A stretch of DNA of 64,000 nucleotides from positions 1-64,000 of the forward strand of contig JAUFOQ010000002.1 in the NCBI GenBank assembly GCA_040285855.1. Reading direction: 5' to 3'. Both the position numbers and the translations under genes were made by a program. Origin of the DNA: Eukaryota sp. GEM-RC1 (taxonomy: Eukaryota). The notes beneath the pieces are model-generated. The model worked only from the letters and a program-made list of their open reading frames with translations. It made no database searches and was not told the DNA's origin. This document shows positions 29,366 to 42,154 of this stretch, one piece after another. Position 1 is the first letter of the stretch. Every line of letters begins with the position of its first letter.

Positions 29366-32012
29366 CTATGAAGACGTTATTTCTGACAATGAAAACTTCA
29401 CGTTTTTAGCCACAGGTTGATCATTCTTCCTCAGCTTACTGTTCAATTCTTCCAATTCCGAAAACTTTGATTTTAAAGTAGCCATTCCAACGTTATTTGA
29501 TGAATTGCGAACGACATTCTCATTTTTCTTGTCTGTTGGACCCATAGTGTTTCTACGTGCACGAGCCAATCTCTTCGACAAATCACGAGCTGAAACGGCA
29601 GGTTTCTTTGGTGGAACATCAGGATTAGTTTTGACAGAAGGTCCTAATGAATGTCGCCGTGATGAGCTCAACCCCTTAAACTCATCCTCCTTAGTCAAGG
29701 AAACTCCCTTGACTGGTACAGAAGTCAAGGGACGTCGTCTGAATACAGGTTTCTGTCTAGGATCGTCACTTCTTTCTTGATTATTCCTCCTTGATTTCTC
29801 TCTGTGTAGATGAGACACGTGATTTACTTTCTCTGCCCATTTAGAAGAATCAAACTGTTTCTCATTACTATTTCGGTCACTATTCAGACCAGCCTTAGTA
29901 ACTGTGTCCAACTGGGGTGAGATTGCTTCATTAACTGGAGAGAAGAGGTTCTCTGAAACAGCCCAAGGTTCATTTAGTGTGGTTTCTCGGGGAGAAGCAA
30001 AGGGGGAAGTAGGGAAAACTCTAGCAACAGGACCAGGAGTGTGTGGAGTGGATGGGAAAACGTCAGCACGTTTGACTTCTGTAGAAACCAAAGAAGTAGA
30101 GATCACTGGTTTGGTCTGAATTAATGATAACGCCTTATTAAAACCTTCGTGGAAAGAAACGTCAGCAACCTTAACTGCACTAGTATATGATTGGAAAAGT
30201 TGTTGATTGGGCTCTGATATTTGAGCTTCAGGGTCAAGAAAGCCCAAGACCGAAGCTTGCTGAGTAAGTACTCCAATAAGATAACGTACCACAGCTTTAG
30301 CATCAGAGTCTAAATTGGACAAAACTTTACGTTCATTCGTCCTTTCAATTTCCAGAGCTTTTCGAACGGTGCTAGCTTCTTTAAGGGAAATCTCAAGCAA
30401 GTTCTTTCTAGCAAAGTCCTGGACAGTTTGGTCTAAATCTGAATTCTTCGAAATTTTTGAAGGAATTTGCCTTGTTAGAGCTGTGACGTCATCAATAATA
30501 GTGAGGTACTGGTTCTTATGATGGTCAAATTGTTGCGAAATTTCTTGTAATTCCGCCTTAAGGGTAGGAAGATTCTTGACTGCGTGCCAAAAAGCCGGGG
30601 GAGCATCTTCTTCGTCTGGAACTTCTGCAAATTTTGAAATAATTCGTTCAAATTCACGTAATTCCTGTTCCTTTTCTTTCTTCAACCGCCGACGATCTTC
30701 CTTCTGATGATAATGGTCTTTAACTTTTGCAAAAAGAGAAGATAACTTACTCTTGAACATTTTGACAGTTTCTAATTCTTTAGAAATCTCACTGACAGAA
30801 TTGAAATTCTTCTTGTTAAGTTGGTCTTTGAGTGTCTTGATCTCTTCTTTTGATTGTCAATCAATCTCTTTTGCTCCTTCAGTGTTGCAACATACTCAGA
30901 GACGTGTTTTTGAACAGATAACACGTTAGCAGAAGGTCGTATCCTAATATTCTTAGCTCTATTTGCATATTTCAAAGTATTATGAGTATCATCAAATGAA
31001 TCAAAAGAAGGGGAAATATTTGAAATCATTACAGTTTTACAATTCCCTCCCAATGAATCCTTCAATAGCCTAGTCAACTTAGAATTACGATAGGGAACGT
31101 GACTTTTGGACTTTCCTTTAACCAACTCGTTGATACAAGAGCCCAGGGCAAGTAGAGATTTGTTGATACAAGCACCTTCCGTTAGTCTAGAACCTTTGTT
31201 CTTGGTCCTTGAAGCTCTTTCTGAGCCAGCCAGATCAATCAAAGAGAGTTTTCCTACTCGCTTGTTCCTCATTGTACCACTGGCTTTACACTCAGATTCA
31301 ATGGAGATCTGGAGAACAGCGTGAGAGCGAGATGAAGTGGCATTAGCATCAGTTGGACATTGTGACCTGTTGGCGTTACCACTTTGAAGAAGTTGCAAGA
31401 TTTCCTCAACTGATTGAGGGGAATAAGTAGAGAGGTTGGATACGATAATGCCTTTTTGAGAATCTTCTCGGATATCAAGAGGATCAGAGGTGTCTGGCTT
31501 TAAGAGATCACGAAGGGTTTCGTTGTAGACTTCGAGATAAGAAAGAGTGAGAGAGAAGTCAGATTCAGAGGTGTGTTCTTGCATAAGGCGGAATAGGTCT
31601 TGAATGCAAAAGACCATGACACCAGGACCAGCCTTTTCGTTTCCAAGCATAGTGTGAGTTTTACCAGCTCCTGTTGCACCATATCTATAGTGAAAAGAAG
31701 AAAGAAACCATACGCGAACACAGTAGCATTGTAGCCTTTAAATACATCAGTGATCAAGTCTTGTGCTGCATATTCATAGACTTCACGCTGGGTAGAAGAA
31801 GAGTCAAATACACGGTCAAAAGCAAACTTTTGATCTTTAGGACGACGATTGCCAGGGATAGATATTTTGCGGGTAGAAGAATAGTCATCGGGGTCAAAGC
31901 AAACAACATGGTCATCAACAACACGGACAACAGTGCGAAAGTTTCCTTGAAGTTCACGTTCATTTTCCGGACGAACTCTGACAACAACTCTGATGTTATC
32001 AGATTTAGTCAT
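29366..32012 (-). CDS. Kinesin-8 family motor (KIF18/KIF19-like)
   Basis: FA|YGATGAGKT (29-nt intron 31685-31713), SSRSHA, DLAGSER, DDTHNTLKYANRAK, neck NVLSVQKHVSEY; one A-run indel near 30850. Confidence 0.9.
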
Positions 32013-32078
32013 AAGAGAGATAGAAGTAAGATTGATGAGCGATGAGCAGAGGAGTTGAAGCTAAAGATTTCTCCAAAC

Positions 32079-33278
32079 ATGTCTTCTCAATTAGAATCTG
32101 CTGAGCAGCTACTTCAAGCTGTCCAAGAACATGCTTCTATCCGTATTCAACTTCAAAATGTACAAGAAGCCTTTGACAAAAAAAAGTTAATCTATGAACG
32201 ATCAGAGGATCATCTTCGTGCTTTACAGTGTTGTGGTCAACTTATTGGCGAACTTTTACGTCAAATTGATGAAGATCGATATGCTGTTCGTGCTTTGTCA
32301 GGATCTCGATATGTTGTTGGTTGTAAAAAGAACATCGATCGTGATAAACTTGTCTCTGGTGCTCGTGTTGCTCTTGACATCTCTACTCTCACCATAATGC
32401 GAATTCTCCCACGGGAAGTCGATCCATCAGTTCACCACATGATCACAGAAGATCCGGGCCAAATCGGTTTCAGTTCTGTTGGAGGTCTTGCTGATCAACT
32501 GCGACAGGTTCGTGAAGTAGTAGAACTTCCTCTAACAAATCCAGAACTTTTCACTAAGGTTGGTATTACTCCCCCCTAAAGGAGTGCTGTTGTACGGTCC
32601 TCCAGGAACAGGTTTGATTCTTCTCGTTGTTTACTTATTCTAGGGAAGACTCTTATGGCGAGAGCCATTGCTGCCACCACTGACGCTCAATTTCTTAAAG
32701 TTGTTGCTTCGTCAGTTGTAGATAAGTATATTGGAGAATCAGCAAGAATTATCCGTGAAATGTTTCAGTGGGCAAAGGACCATTCACCGTGTATTATTTT
32801 TATTGATGAAATCGATGCTATTGGTGCTAAGAGAAACAATGAAGGAAGTAGTGCTGATCGTGAAATCCAGAGAACTCTTATGGAACTTCTATCACAAATG
32901 GATGGGTTCGATCCCCTAGGCCAAGTCAAGGTAATTATGGCAACAAATAGACCAGACACTTTAGATCCTGCTCTTCTTCGTCCAGGTAGATTAGACAGAA
33001 AGGTGGAAATTCCTCTGCCGAATGAAGCGGGTAGACTAGAAATTCTACAGATTCACTCAAAGAAGATTAATGTTCAGGGAGAGTTGGATTTGGAGGCTAT
33101 TGCGAGAATGGCTGATAAGTTCAATGGGGCAGATCTTCGAAATGTTGTAACTGAGGCTGGAATGCTAGCGGTAAGGCAGGAACGTGACTATGTTTTACAA
33201 GATGACTTTGTACGTGCTGTGAGAAAGATGTTGGATTCAAAGAAGTTAGAAACGAATTTGGAATACAGAAAAGTGTAA
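32079..33278 (+). CDS. PSMC6: 26S proteasome ATPase Rpt4
   Basis: PREVDP, GPPGTG|KT (32-nt intron 32612-32643), [30 protein letters not shown]; +1 break at 32577. Confidence 0.95.
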
Positions 33279-33310
33279 GTAAATAAACTAGTGATTTAGC
33301 AAGACGAGTT

Positions 33311-33455
33311 ATATTCATAATAAGCTCTCAGTGTTTTCTGTGAAGACGAAACTGATGTAAGTTTTAATGACAATGAATGCTTTAACGGTATTGACGTCTA
33401 GTTTTTGTTCTTATCCTACTGTTTTTATTATATAAACTATGCCTGTAAAAAAAAG
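33311..33455 (+). mobile_element. Short 3' fragment of a family-A-like retroelement
   Basis: A8 tail, 10-bp TSD AAGACGAGTT, resembles the 3' end of 7920..8593. Confidence 0.65.
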
Positions 33456-33644
33456 AAGACGAGTTGTGGACAAAAGAATAACCTACAATAATATATGCAT
33501 TTTTGTTGTGTTCAAATTTCGAAAAAAGGGATCACGCTGAACAAGTTACCACCACAAATACTGTACATTTGATCTGATTGCATTGTTGAGGGGCAGGAAA
33601 AAATATCGCACAATTATATTATGTAGCCACCGCGAAATGTAACA

Positions 33645-34200
33645 TATACACTTGTAAATTGCCCCAAAGTTATTCAATTTTGTTCTGATCTTCATGATGT
33701 TGTGAGAGATGTTACATTTGAACTGTTTAAAACTGATGGATTTCATGCCAAAGTTGAACCCCTATTTAACAAGTTGGGTTTTGATGTAAGTGACAATGCT
33801 CGAGGCGACTTACATGATCCTTTTATTGTCTCTAGTCAAGTTATCCTTGATGTTACAACATTAGATCGATGTGCTCAAACTTATGATAACAGCCTAACTT
33901 CAAAAGGTTTCAACCACCTAGTAACAGCTGAAAGCACGTAGAATTGAATTGTATTCCAAAGATGTTGCTATGCTCAATCAAAGTTTGTATTTGTTCCATT
34001 TGCTATTTCTATTTTCGGTAGTATTGGTGGAATTTTTTCTCAGTTTTTAACTGATTTTGAATTCATGTGTGAGTCTCAAAATAAGAGATTTAACTTATCA
34101 TTTTGACATAACCGCTTGATTTTCTATTTGATCCGTTCGATGCCTAAGTTTTTTAACAATCATCACACTAATGTATAAGAGTTTTCTGAGTCTAGATTTT
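33645..34200 (+). pseudogene. Degenerate RLE-domain retroelement fragment (family-B-like)
   Basis: HLVNC...RDVTFELFKTDGFHAKVEPL...ARGDL...DVTT, followed by stops. Confidence 0.75.
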
Positions 34201-35274
34201 TAGAGCTCCTATTACTATATGTACTTTTGCCCCCTTTAACTATGAACAAATAATTTCATGGAAGATCAATTTCAATAAATACAGTACTGCAGATACTGAA
34301 AGTAAAATATTGCAATAAATATATTGTCAGGAATGTAAAATAAATGTATTTACTGTTATTTTATTGTGACATCTCTCTCAACAATATATTTATCTTGAAA
34401 ACTCATCAATATACGATATATTTCAATAAGATTAGATAATTCAAGAACATTGTTGTAATCTGATTTTTTCTTGATGTCAATTTAGAATAAAGTAGGACTG
34501 TGTTGAAGCATTTGAACTCCAAGATAACAGAGAACCATTGGCTTAAATTAAAGATTGAACAAACGTATACAGCAACGATCTAATCAAGATCGACAGTATA
34601 TAGATTTAAGTTGGATACCTGCAACTAGAAATGAAGATGGGATGCTTTTCAGTCTAGCTCAGAAGGACTTCAGGAAACACTAAACCAAGTCTGAACTCAA
34701 AAGCGTTAGGAAAGCAACTGTTCTTGTTGTACAATGTTGATCTGTGGGATCAAACTTCTATTGGAAAAATTTAATATAGTATCTCACACCTCAATCCAAT
34801 CACGTTACAATTGACGAATGTGATCAAATGTTTGTTCTTAGTGATTTGTTACTGTCGTTATTGAAGATATATTTATTGTTTTGACTCAAGATAACCAATT
34901 AATAAGATAAGATATCAATCCAGACAATTTATTTATTGTTGAATGTCAAAAAACCAATAAGATAGCAATAAGTTATTTTTACATTGCTGCCATGAAGTAG
35001 AGAATAAATACAACAATAATGTAGTCTTGGGTCGAATTTCTCATGGTATTAGAGCAATACATAATGAAATACTGAACAAAATTGTGAAAAGTTGGTGTCA
35101 TACAGCGAAGCTTTATACATACTATTGTACACGGGATATGAATTTTATTTTACTGTACATCATCCACAACATATTCTTTACAACACAAAAGAATCAATAC
35201 ACATGTATTCAAACTGTACAAACAAACTAAAATATAAACATAAATATTTGAATGAAGTAGCGATGAACTACTGA

Positions 35275-35532
35275 TTACCCAGATTCATCACAAATGTCAG
35301 ATCCATCTGTTGCTGCAAATGATATCTCAATGTCTGAAAACTGCCGCAGAACCTCCGTCAAGGACATAGTGACATCATAATTTTCAAGAGTAGCTACAGT
35401 ATCAGCTGCAACAGGATTTGACGATGGTGGCGGATGTAGACGTTCACGGCTGTGAACAGGATCGAGAGACGATGATGTTGAGGCTAGTTTGCTGGGATTG
35501 GTGTGGTTTTCTGTCTTGGATGATCTCTGCAT
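35275..35532 (-). CDS. Small hypothetical protein
   Basis: 85-codon ATG-initiated ORF with higher GC than its flanks; no recognisable motif. Confidence 0.3.
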   Translation of the reverse strand: MQRSSKTENHTNPSKLASTSSSLDPVHSRERLHPPPSSNPVAADTVATLENYDVTMSLTEVLRQFSDIEISFAATDGSDICDESG

Positions 35533-35927
35533 TAGGAAATAGCGGGAAATTGAAATCACTGCCAGACAGGTGAGTAACTAAAAATAGTTGTTCTTCCCCA
35601 TGAATTTTCATGTGACACGATGATCTTCTCCCGTCAGTCCATCCTTGATGAGGAATTACATATTGTAGATGTTTCTGATTAATGATGTCTTAGATTAGAT
35701 TATAATCTATTGTTATCCTGATCAACTCTTCGTATCCAAAAGTTCAATAATGTAAGTCCAGTGATACAAAAAACTCCTCTACCATCCAAACTACGTCAAT
35801 TCAACCGATTACTGCCACAAGCCATGTGTCCTTCAGTTTCTAACAACCTATGAGTGGGTTTAGATCAAGAAGATTACCAAATGACTGCAGAATGTACTAA
35901 TATTTTATTTGTTTTAATTACCAAGGA

Positions 35928-38887
35928 CTACAAACGAAGATTTCGAGATCGAACCAAAGCCAAAGAACGTTTACGTCTAATGAAGAACTTTGTCACCTCA
36001 TCAATCAAAATCACAGGAATAGAAAGAATCATGATAGCCTTCCAATCAGCAACTGACAACGGAGCGACAGAGAAAATCTTAGCAATCACTGGTGTATACA
36101 GTAACCAAAAGTGTAAAATCATACTAAAAATGATTGCAACAACAACGTACCAATTCTTATTAGGAGGGAAAACAAGCAGAGAGCTAGTTTCAGAAATAGA
36201 ATTCAAAGCATTCAGCATCTCAATAACAACTAGAATGGTCAATGCAATCGTCACTGGAACAGGAGAAGCCAGAATATCACAAACATCACCAACACAGTCC
36301 TTTGCATGAGTCAATTCATACCAAGAAATCTTTGGCCCATGATCTGCCCATAAGAACCACCAAATATATCCAATAATAGTAGAAGTTCCCACCCAAGTAC
36401 CAATGACCATGTACCTAATGAAGGTGTTTCTACCTACAATGGGAAGTTTTGGATCTCTAGGAGGTTGAGAGAGAATTTCCTTATCAGGAGGATTAAATGA
36501 CAAAGCAATAGCAGTACTCGAGTCAGTAGTTAGATTGACCCAGAGGAGTTGTACTGGTATTAGGACTTCTGGAAGTCGTAGAAGAACAGCAAAGAAGATG
36601 CAGAGAACTTCACCAATGTTTGAAGAAACTAAATATCTTATGAACTGTTGCATATTTGCAAAGATCGATCTTCCTTCTTCGATAGCATCTACTAAAGTAG
36701 CAAAATTTGAATCTGCTAGTACAATGTCTGCAGCACTCTGAGCTACAGCAGTACCAGATCCGACACTGATACCAATATCAGCCTTTTTGATTGCAATCGA
36801 ATCGTTAACACCATCACCAATCATACAGACAATTTCCTTCTTTTCTTGGAAAGTCTTTACCAATAACTCCTTATGTTCGGGCTCAACTCTATACAGGATT
36901 GTGAGATTATTACAAACATCTGATCGTTGTTGGGGTGAAAGAGAATGAAACTCTTTGCCACTCATACAGCAATACCTTTCATCAGCCACTAACTTACGAG
37001 TAACCAACCCAATTCTTTCAGCAATAGCAACAGCAGTATCTTCAGCATCACCAGTTACAATAACTACCTTGATGCCAGCAGTAAAACACTTGTCAATAGC
37101 ATCAGGAACTTCATCCCTAGGGGGGATCGTGAAGGCCTACCAGACCAATGAAGGTGAGACCATGTTCAATAGAAATAGTAGAAGTTGCATTGACAGTGGA
37201 TCTGGCAGCTAGAGCAAGAACTCTATACCCAGAAGAAGCCAACATCTTTGCTTGATCTTCAATTACTTCAGTTAACTCCAATGACAAAGGAGCAGTGAGA
37301 GGAGAGCCAAAGGAGTCAGTGGAGGGTAAGCATAGAGATTCACAGAGAGGAAGTACAGTCTCTAAAGCTCCTTTTACATAGATTCCAGTCTCAGTAATGA
37401 CAGTCATTCTCTTTCTTGACCGGGTGAAATCAATGGTACGAACTCTATGGCGACGTTTCTCAGAACGTAGAGAGTCTACCAAGAGCTCAGAAGAGCGAGG
37501 ATTAGGGTTAACAATCTTCTCAGCTAAAGAAAGCAAAGCTCCTTCTGTTGAGTCACCAATACAGTTCCATTCCTTGTCAGTTTCAGAATAGGAAATCATG
37601 GCGTCATTACATACGACACAAACGTCAGCAACTTGCTCAAGAAGAACTCTATCATCCGAAGCCAAATCTCTTCCGTGCTCTCTTAAAACACGACCTCGAG
37701 GCTCAAAATTCAGTCCATCAATTTCAAAAGTGACAGGTCTACAGTTGGGATCAAAGGTTATTAACCGTTTGACCGTCATTTTGTTGGTCGTAAGAGTTCC
37801 AGTCTTATCAGTCAAAACCACTGTTGCAGATCCAAGAGCCTCAACAGACCCCAAATGTCTAACAATAGCCTTCTTCTTTGCCATTCTACTACTTCCTAAA
37901 GCCAAACAAGTGGTAACCACAGCTGGAAGACCTTCTGGAATAGCTGCAACCCCAAGGGCAACTGCTACCTTGAAGTATTGGATAGCACCATTGAGGACAG
38001 ACCCAGACCTAGCAAATTGGGGAATATTGAGGAGCCAAACAATGATGCAAATGATCAAAATAATCTTACCCAAAAGAATGCCAAACTCATCGAGTTTCTT
38101 TTCAACAGGTGATGGTGGAGAATCTTCAGAGAGAGATTCACCTATAGAACCAAGTTTAGTGTTACCTCCAGTAGAAGTAACTAGACAGAGCGCGGTTCCA
38201 GCAACAACGGTAGAACCAGCGAACACCATACAGGAGAGATCGTGGGTAAGGAGATCCCCTCCATAGACAGGAGTGTGATCTTTATAGACAGGTTCAGGTT
38301 CACCACTGAAAGCAGATTGATCAATGTAAAGTTCATGGGAGGAAGTAACAGCAAGGACTCTACAATCAGCAGGGATCGCGTGACCAGCACGAACTTGAGT
38401 TAGATAAGATGAAAAGCAAACCTTCTATAATATCACCGGGGACGATCAGATCGGCGTCTAGTTCTAGAAGTCTCTTTTGTCTGCGGACGAAACATCGAGT
38501 GGTGGTAAGTTGTTTAAGGGCAGAAATTGCTTGGTGGCTGCGACGTTCTTGGATAACACCGATAGATGCGTTGATGATGAGGATGGCGATGATAACCCAG
38601 GGTTCAACAAAAGCCGTTAATCGACCCGATCCGTGTTCGAAGAAAGCTAGAAAGAATGAAATAAGGGCAGAGATAATGAGTACGACAACCATGGTGTCTT
38701 TGAATTGATCCAGGACAAGAGACAAAAAGGAAGGAGGTTTAGGCATAGGTAAGACATTGGTACCAAACATTCGCTGACGCTTCTGAACTTCAACTGCTGA
38801 GAGCCCGTCAGAAGGAAGTACATCATATTTCTTACAGATTTCTTCCGTTGAGAAAGCCCATGGTGTTGGGCTTAAGGAGGTCAACAT
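35928..38887 (-). CDS. P-type IIA (SERCA-like) Ca2+-ATPase
   Basis: IPEGLP, DKTGTLT, DPP(R), GDGVND, SSNIGEV, LWVNL; 28-nt intron 38394-38421; +1 break at 37117. Confidence 0.93.
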
Positions 38888-38955
38888 TTTAGAGTTGAAA
38901 AGAATCTATAGATGAACAATGAAGTGAAGGAAGTTTGTTCCTGTTCTAGTTGGAA

Positions 38956-41900
38956 AATGTCCAACCAACCAACTCATCAACTACTTTCTCGGCTTTCCTC
39001 TCCAGACAGTAGAAGCAGTCGGATTAACGTACTCAAACTTCTTGCTTCTGATAATGATGAGTCCATTTGTCTCGACGACTTTGCCACACTTCACGTTTTT
39101 GACACTTTATACACACTCCTTGAACTTCCAGACTCTGAAGTCGTAGAACTCACTTATTCTGCCATTAGTTTTATCTTCTTGAATGCCCGACAGTTGTCGT
39201 CTGCTACCGTTTCTTCTCTCACCAAACAATTCATATCCTCTAACTGCTTTGCAAAGGTTCTCAATGTTCTTCGTTCAGTTCCAGATAGTTCTCCTTCTAA
39301 TGACTTTCTCTCTTGTTTGTCTACCATTGAGCATCTTTTCTCCTTGCCTGGAACTTCTTCACTTGAAGTTCCAAGGCTCTTTATCAAGTGTTCTGGAGTC
39401 CAAATATTGTTTAGTTTAATCAAAAGGCCACGTGTTGAGTTGGTGACACGACAGCGTTCTGTTAGGATTTTAGGATCTGTTGAAGATTTGTTCACATATG
39501 TCGCGAAAAATATTAAATATTTGAGAGTTATTCTAGGTCATTTGGGATCTGGTAGTGCTAAAGAGCAGATGGTTGGTTTTGAGTTTCTATTTGCTGCTAT
39601 AAGTCGAATTTCTGTTTTTCATTCTCAGTTTTTTGTAAACTTAGTTCAATGTGAAGTATTACCGAATTTATTAAATATTTTAAATTTTTCCGAGAGCAGA
39701 CGATTATCAGTGATGGCTTCTTTTGTGTAGTTTTCTGCTGTTCACCTATTCTCCATCGTAAATCCATGACGTCCAATCCTGCCTGTTTTGAATCCTTTTG
39801 ACCGCTGATTTTGACCTTGAAACCGATGACGAGATATCTTCTCTTGCTGATGTTCGAACTGAAATGTTGTATCTGGATTTTATTGACAATATTTTAAATG
39901 TGCTGTATTCACGTGAATCAATGAAATCAGATGATAAGCTAAACCTTTTAAGTCAGTTTTCTCTTCCAGAGTCTAGGTATTTGTTTTGTCTACAGATTCT
40001 CTATTTTCTATCATACCATTCTTCGGGAGTTGCTTTTCAAATATTTCAAGGTCTGTCGAAACTGGTTTTAAAATTTCTCACAAGTCATGATGCGTTGTTA
40101 AAAAAATGGATAGTTTTGCTACTTTCCAGTTGCTGTCGAAGGTCAGTCGACGTTCAGGCTATGGCATCAGGATTGTTGCCTTTGATTTTGTCTCTTTCAT
40201 TTGATGGTAGTTGGATTTATGATTTGATTGATGGTTTAATTCGCTTTGATGACGGTATAGTTGCCATTTTTGCTGTTTGTAACAAGAGTTTTGATGAGGG
40301 AATTCAATTTATTGAGAGAATTTTGAATTATCATACTCGAGCATGCTTTGATTCAAATTGTATTAAAATTTTAATGTCGTTCAAGGCTAACTTACCAAGA
40401 ACCGAAAAATTAGCACTTGAAGAGCTTTTGCTTTCCGTTTGTCTTGACAACGAAGGCAATTTTGTAATTTCGGAATATATTGATGATATTTTAAACAAGC
40501 AAAGTAACTTTTCTACTAAATCTGAAGCTGTTTGCAGAATATGTCGAGTTCCGGCCGGTATTTTGTTTCAGCATCTGGTTCCACATTTGGACCTTTTTAA
40601 TATCAAAAAATGCTGCAATTCCGCCTATTTAAAAATTTTCCATCAATTATGCCTTTCATCACATGAAGTAGTTGAGAATTTATCTGACTTTTCTGAATTT
40701 TTGATTGAGATTTTTGATGTTCTTCTGGATCATAATATGAACTCTACAAAACTGTCAGAAGAGTTGCTTATAGTTGTTTCAATATTTGAGATTCTGGTCA
40801 ATTTTGAAAAATTTACTCCAATGGTAATTCAGTTTATTGCTCGGTTTTGCATATTACTCGACTTTTTCTATGAGAATAATTTCAAATTTGTAAACATCTC
40901 CCAGCTGTTTACATGTACATCGTGTCTTTCTCTGTTGAATTCCATATTTTCTAAAGAAATTCCTCTTTCTGATACTTATACTCCCAAGAATTTTTCAAAT
41001 ATTTTGAAATATTGTGCAAAATTATCAGACGTCTGTTTTACTCAACCCTTTTTTACTTTCCGTCCATCAGATACTAAACCAGTAACAAAATCAAAATCAA
41101 ATGACATTGAGGTCAAAAAACAACGTCATGTATCGTCAGAACCTTCATCAGACAGGCCATCTGTCACGTCATTGTTACCCCTATCTGCAGCAATCAATCT
41201 AATGACTTCTCTCGTGAAACTTCCCGATTCGGAAAATCTGTCACGTTTCTTTGAGCCGTTGTTGACTTGCTTGACAGTTGATTATTCACAAAAGTCAGTC
41301 CAGCATCCCCTGTTTTTAGAAACAATCACAATTGATTGGAATTCTGTCGTGTCAAGTGCTGTCAAAGCTTTGGCGTCCTTGCCGCCTAATTTTCTTCTGT
41401 CTCCTGCACTTAAATTATTGAAAAATGTCGATGCAAACGGAATTGAAATTTTGAAAAATTTGTCCAAGCTTTTACTGAATTGGTGCTCAACTGGCAGTAG
41501 TTATCGTAAGCAAATGATTGACTCTGGAATTCTACATTGGATTGACAACATCCAAGTCGATGTTAATAACTTAATGTCTGTGGATGAGAGCTCTGTTACT
41601 CAAATATTAAATAATCTCAACAAATTAAAATCTATCTTACTACCTCCAAAAATGAGAGTCAACGAACAGCTCTGTACCTCTTCTTTAGGCAAAACACCTT
41701 CAACAAGGTCTGATTCAAGACCTTCCAGACCTTCCACAAGTGATCTCTTCACTACACGTGAGTTGCCAGTTGAAGATGATTCAAGGCAGGAAAGGAAAGA
41801 AGATCGACATGGATTACGAACTTCGTCTTCTCGATTTGAAGGTTCTGCTTCTCGTCTTCAAATGACTGGACTCAGAGCAAGTAGTAGAGTTAAAACAATT

Positions 41901-41978
41901 AAAAATTCTATGACTGATTTGAAATTGTCTTCCCGACCTCCGTCTGTCACTCTCACTGATTTTCGAAAATTCGTGTAA
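38956..41978 (+). CDS. Large alpha-helical (ARM/HEAT-like) hypothetical protein
   Basis: Two long ORFs joined by two T-run indels (about 39722 and 39797); Leu-rich helical repeats; Ser/Arg-rich tail. Confidence 0.65.
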
Positions 41979-42154
41979 CTCAGTTTAAGCTTAGTTTGTT
42001 AGAAGTGTTTGGTTTGTACCACTAGTGATACCACTAGTGGATTTTTGCCTGTATTATATGCACTGACATATCTTGATTGTTAAAACATTTATTTCACACA
42101 ATTACAATTCTGTTAAAATTTGACACCTTTAATTTCATGAAATTTCATGATAAT

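Noticed and set aside
34328..34989. Possible hAT MITE (CAGSAATGTAAAA ends)
   Set aside because: Short imperfect TIR and no TSD
35615..35725. Possible box C/D snoRNAs (ATGAT...CTGA), also near 27625-27970
   Set aside because: Boxes are degenerate and rRNA complementarity is too short to support without the organism's rRNA
37598..38708. Long antisense ORFs over SERCA, NOG1, ACS and ARM genes
   Set aside because: Shadow ORFs of conserved genes on the opposite strand
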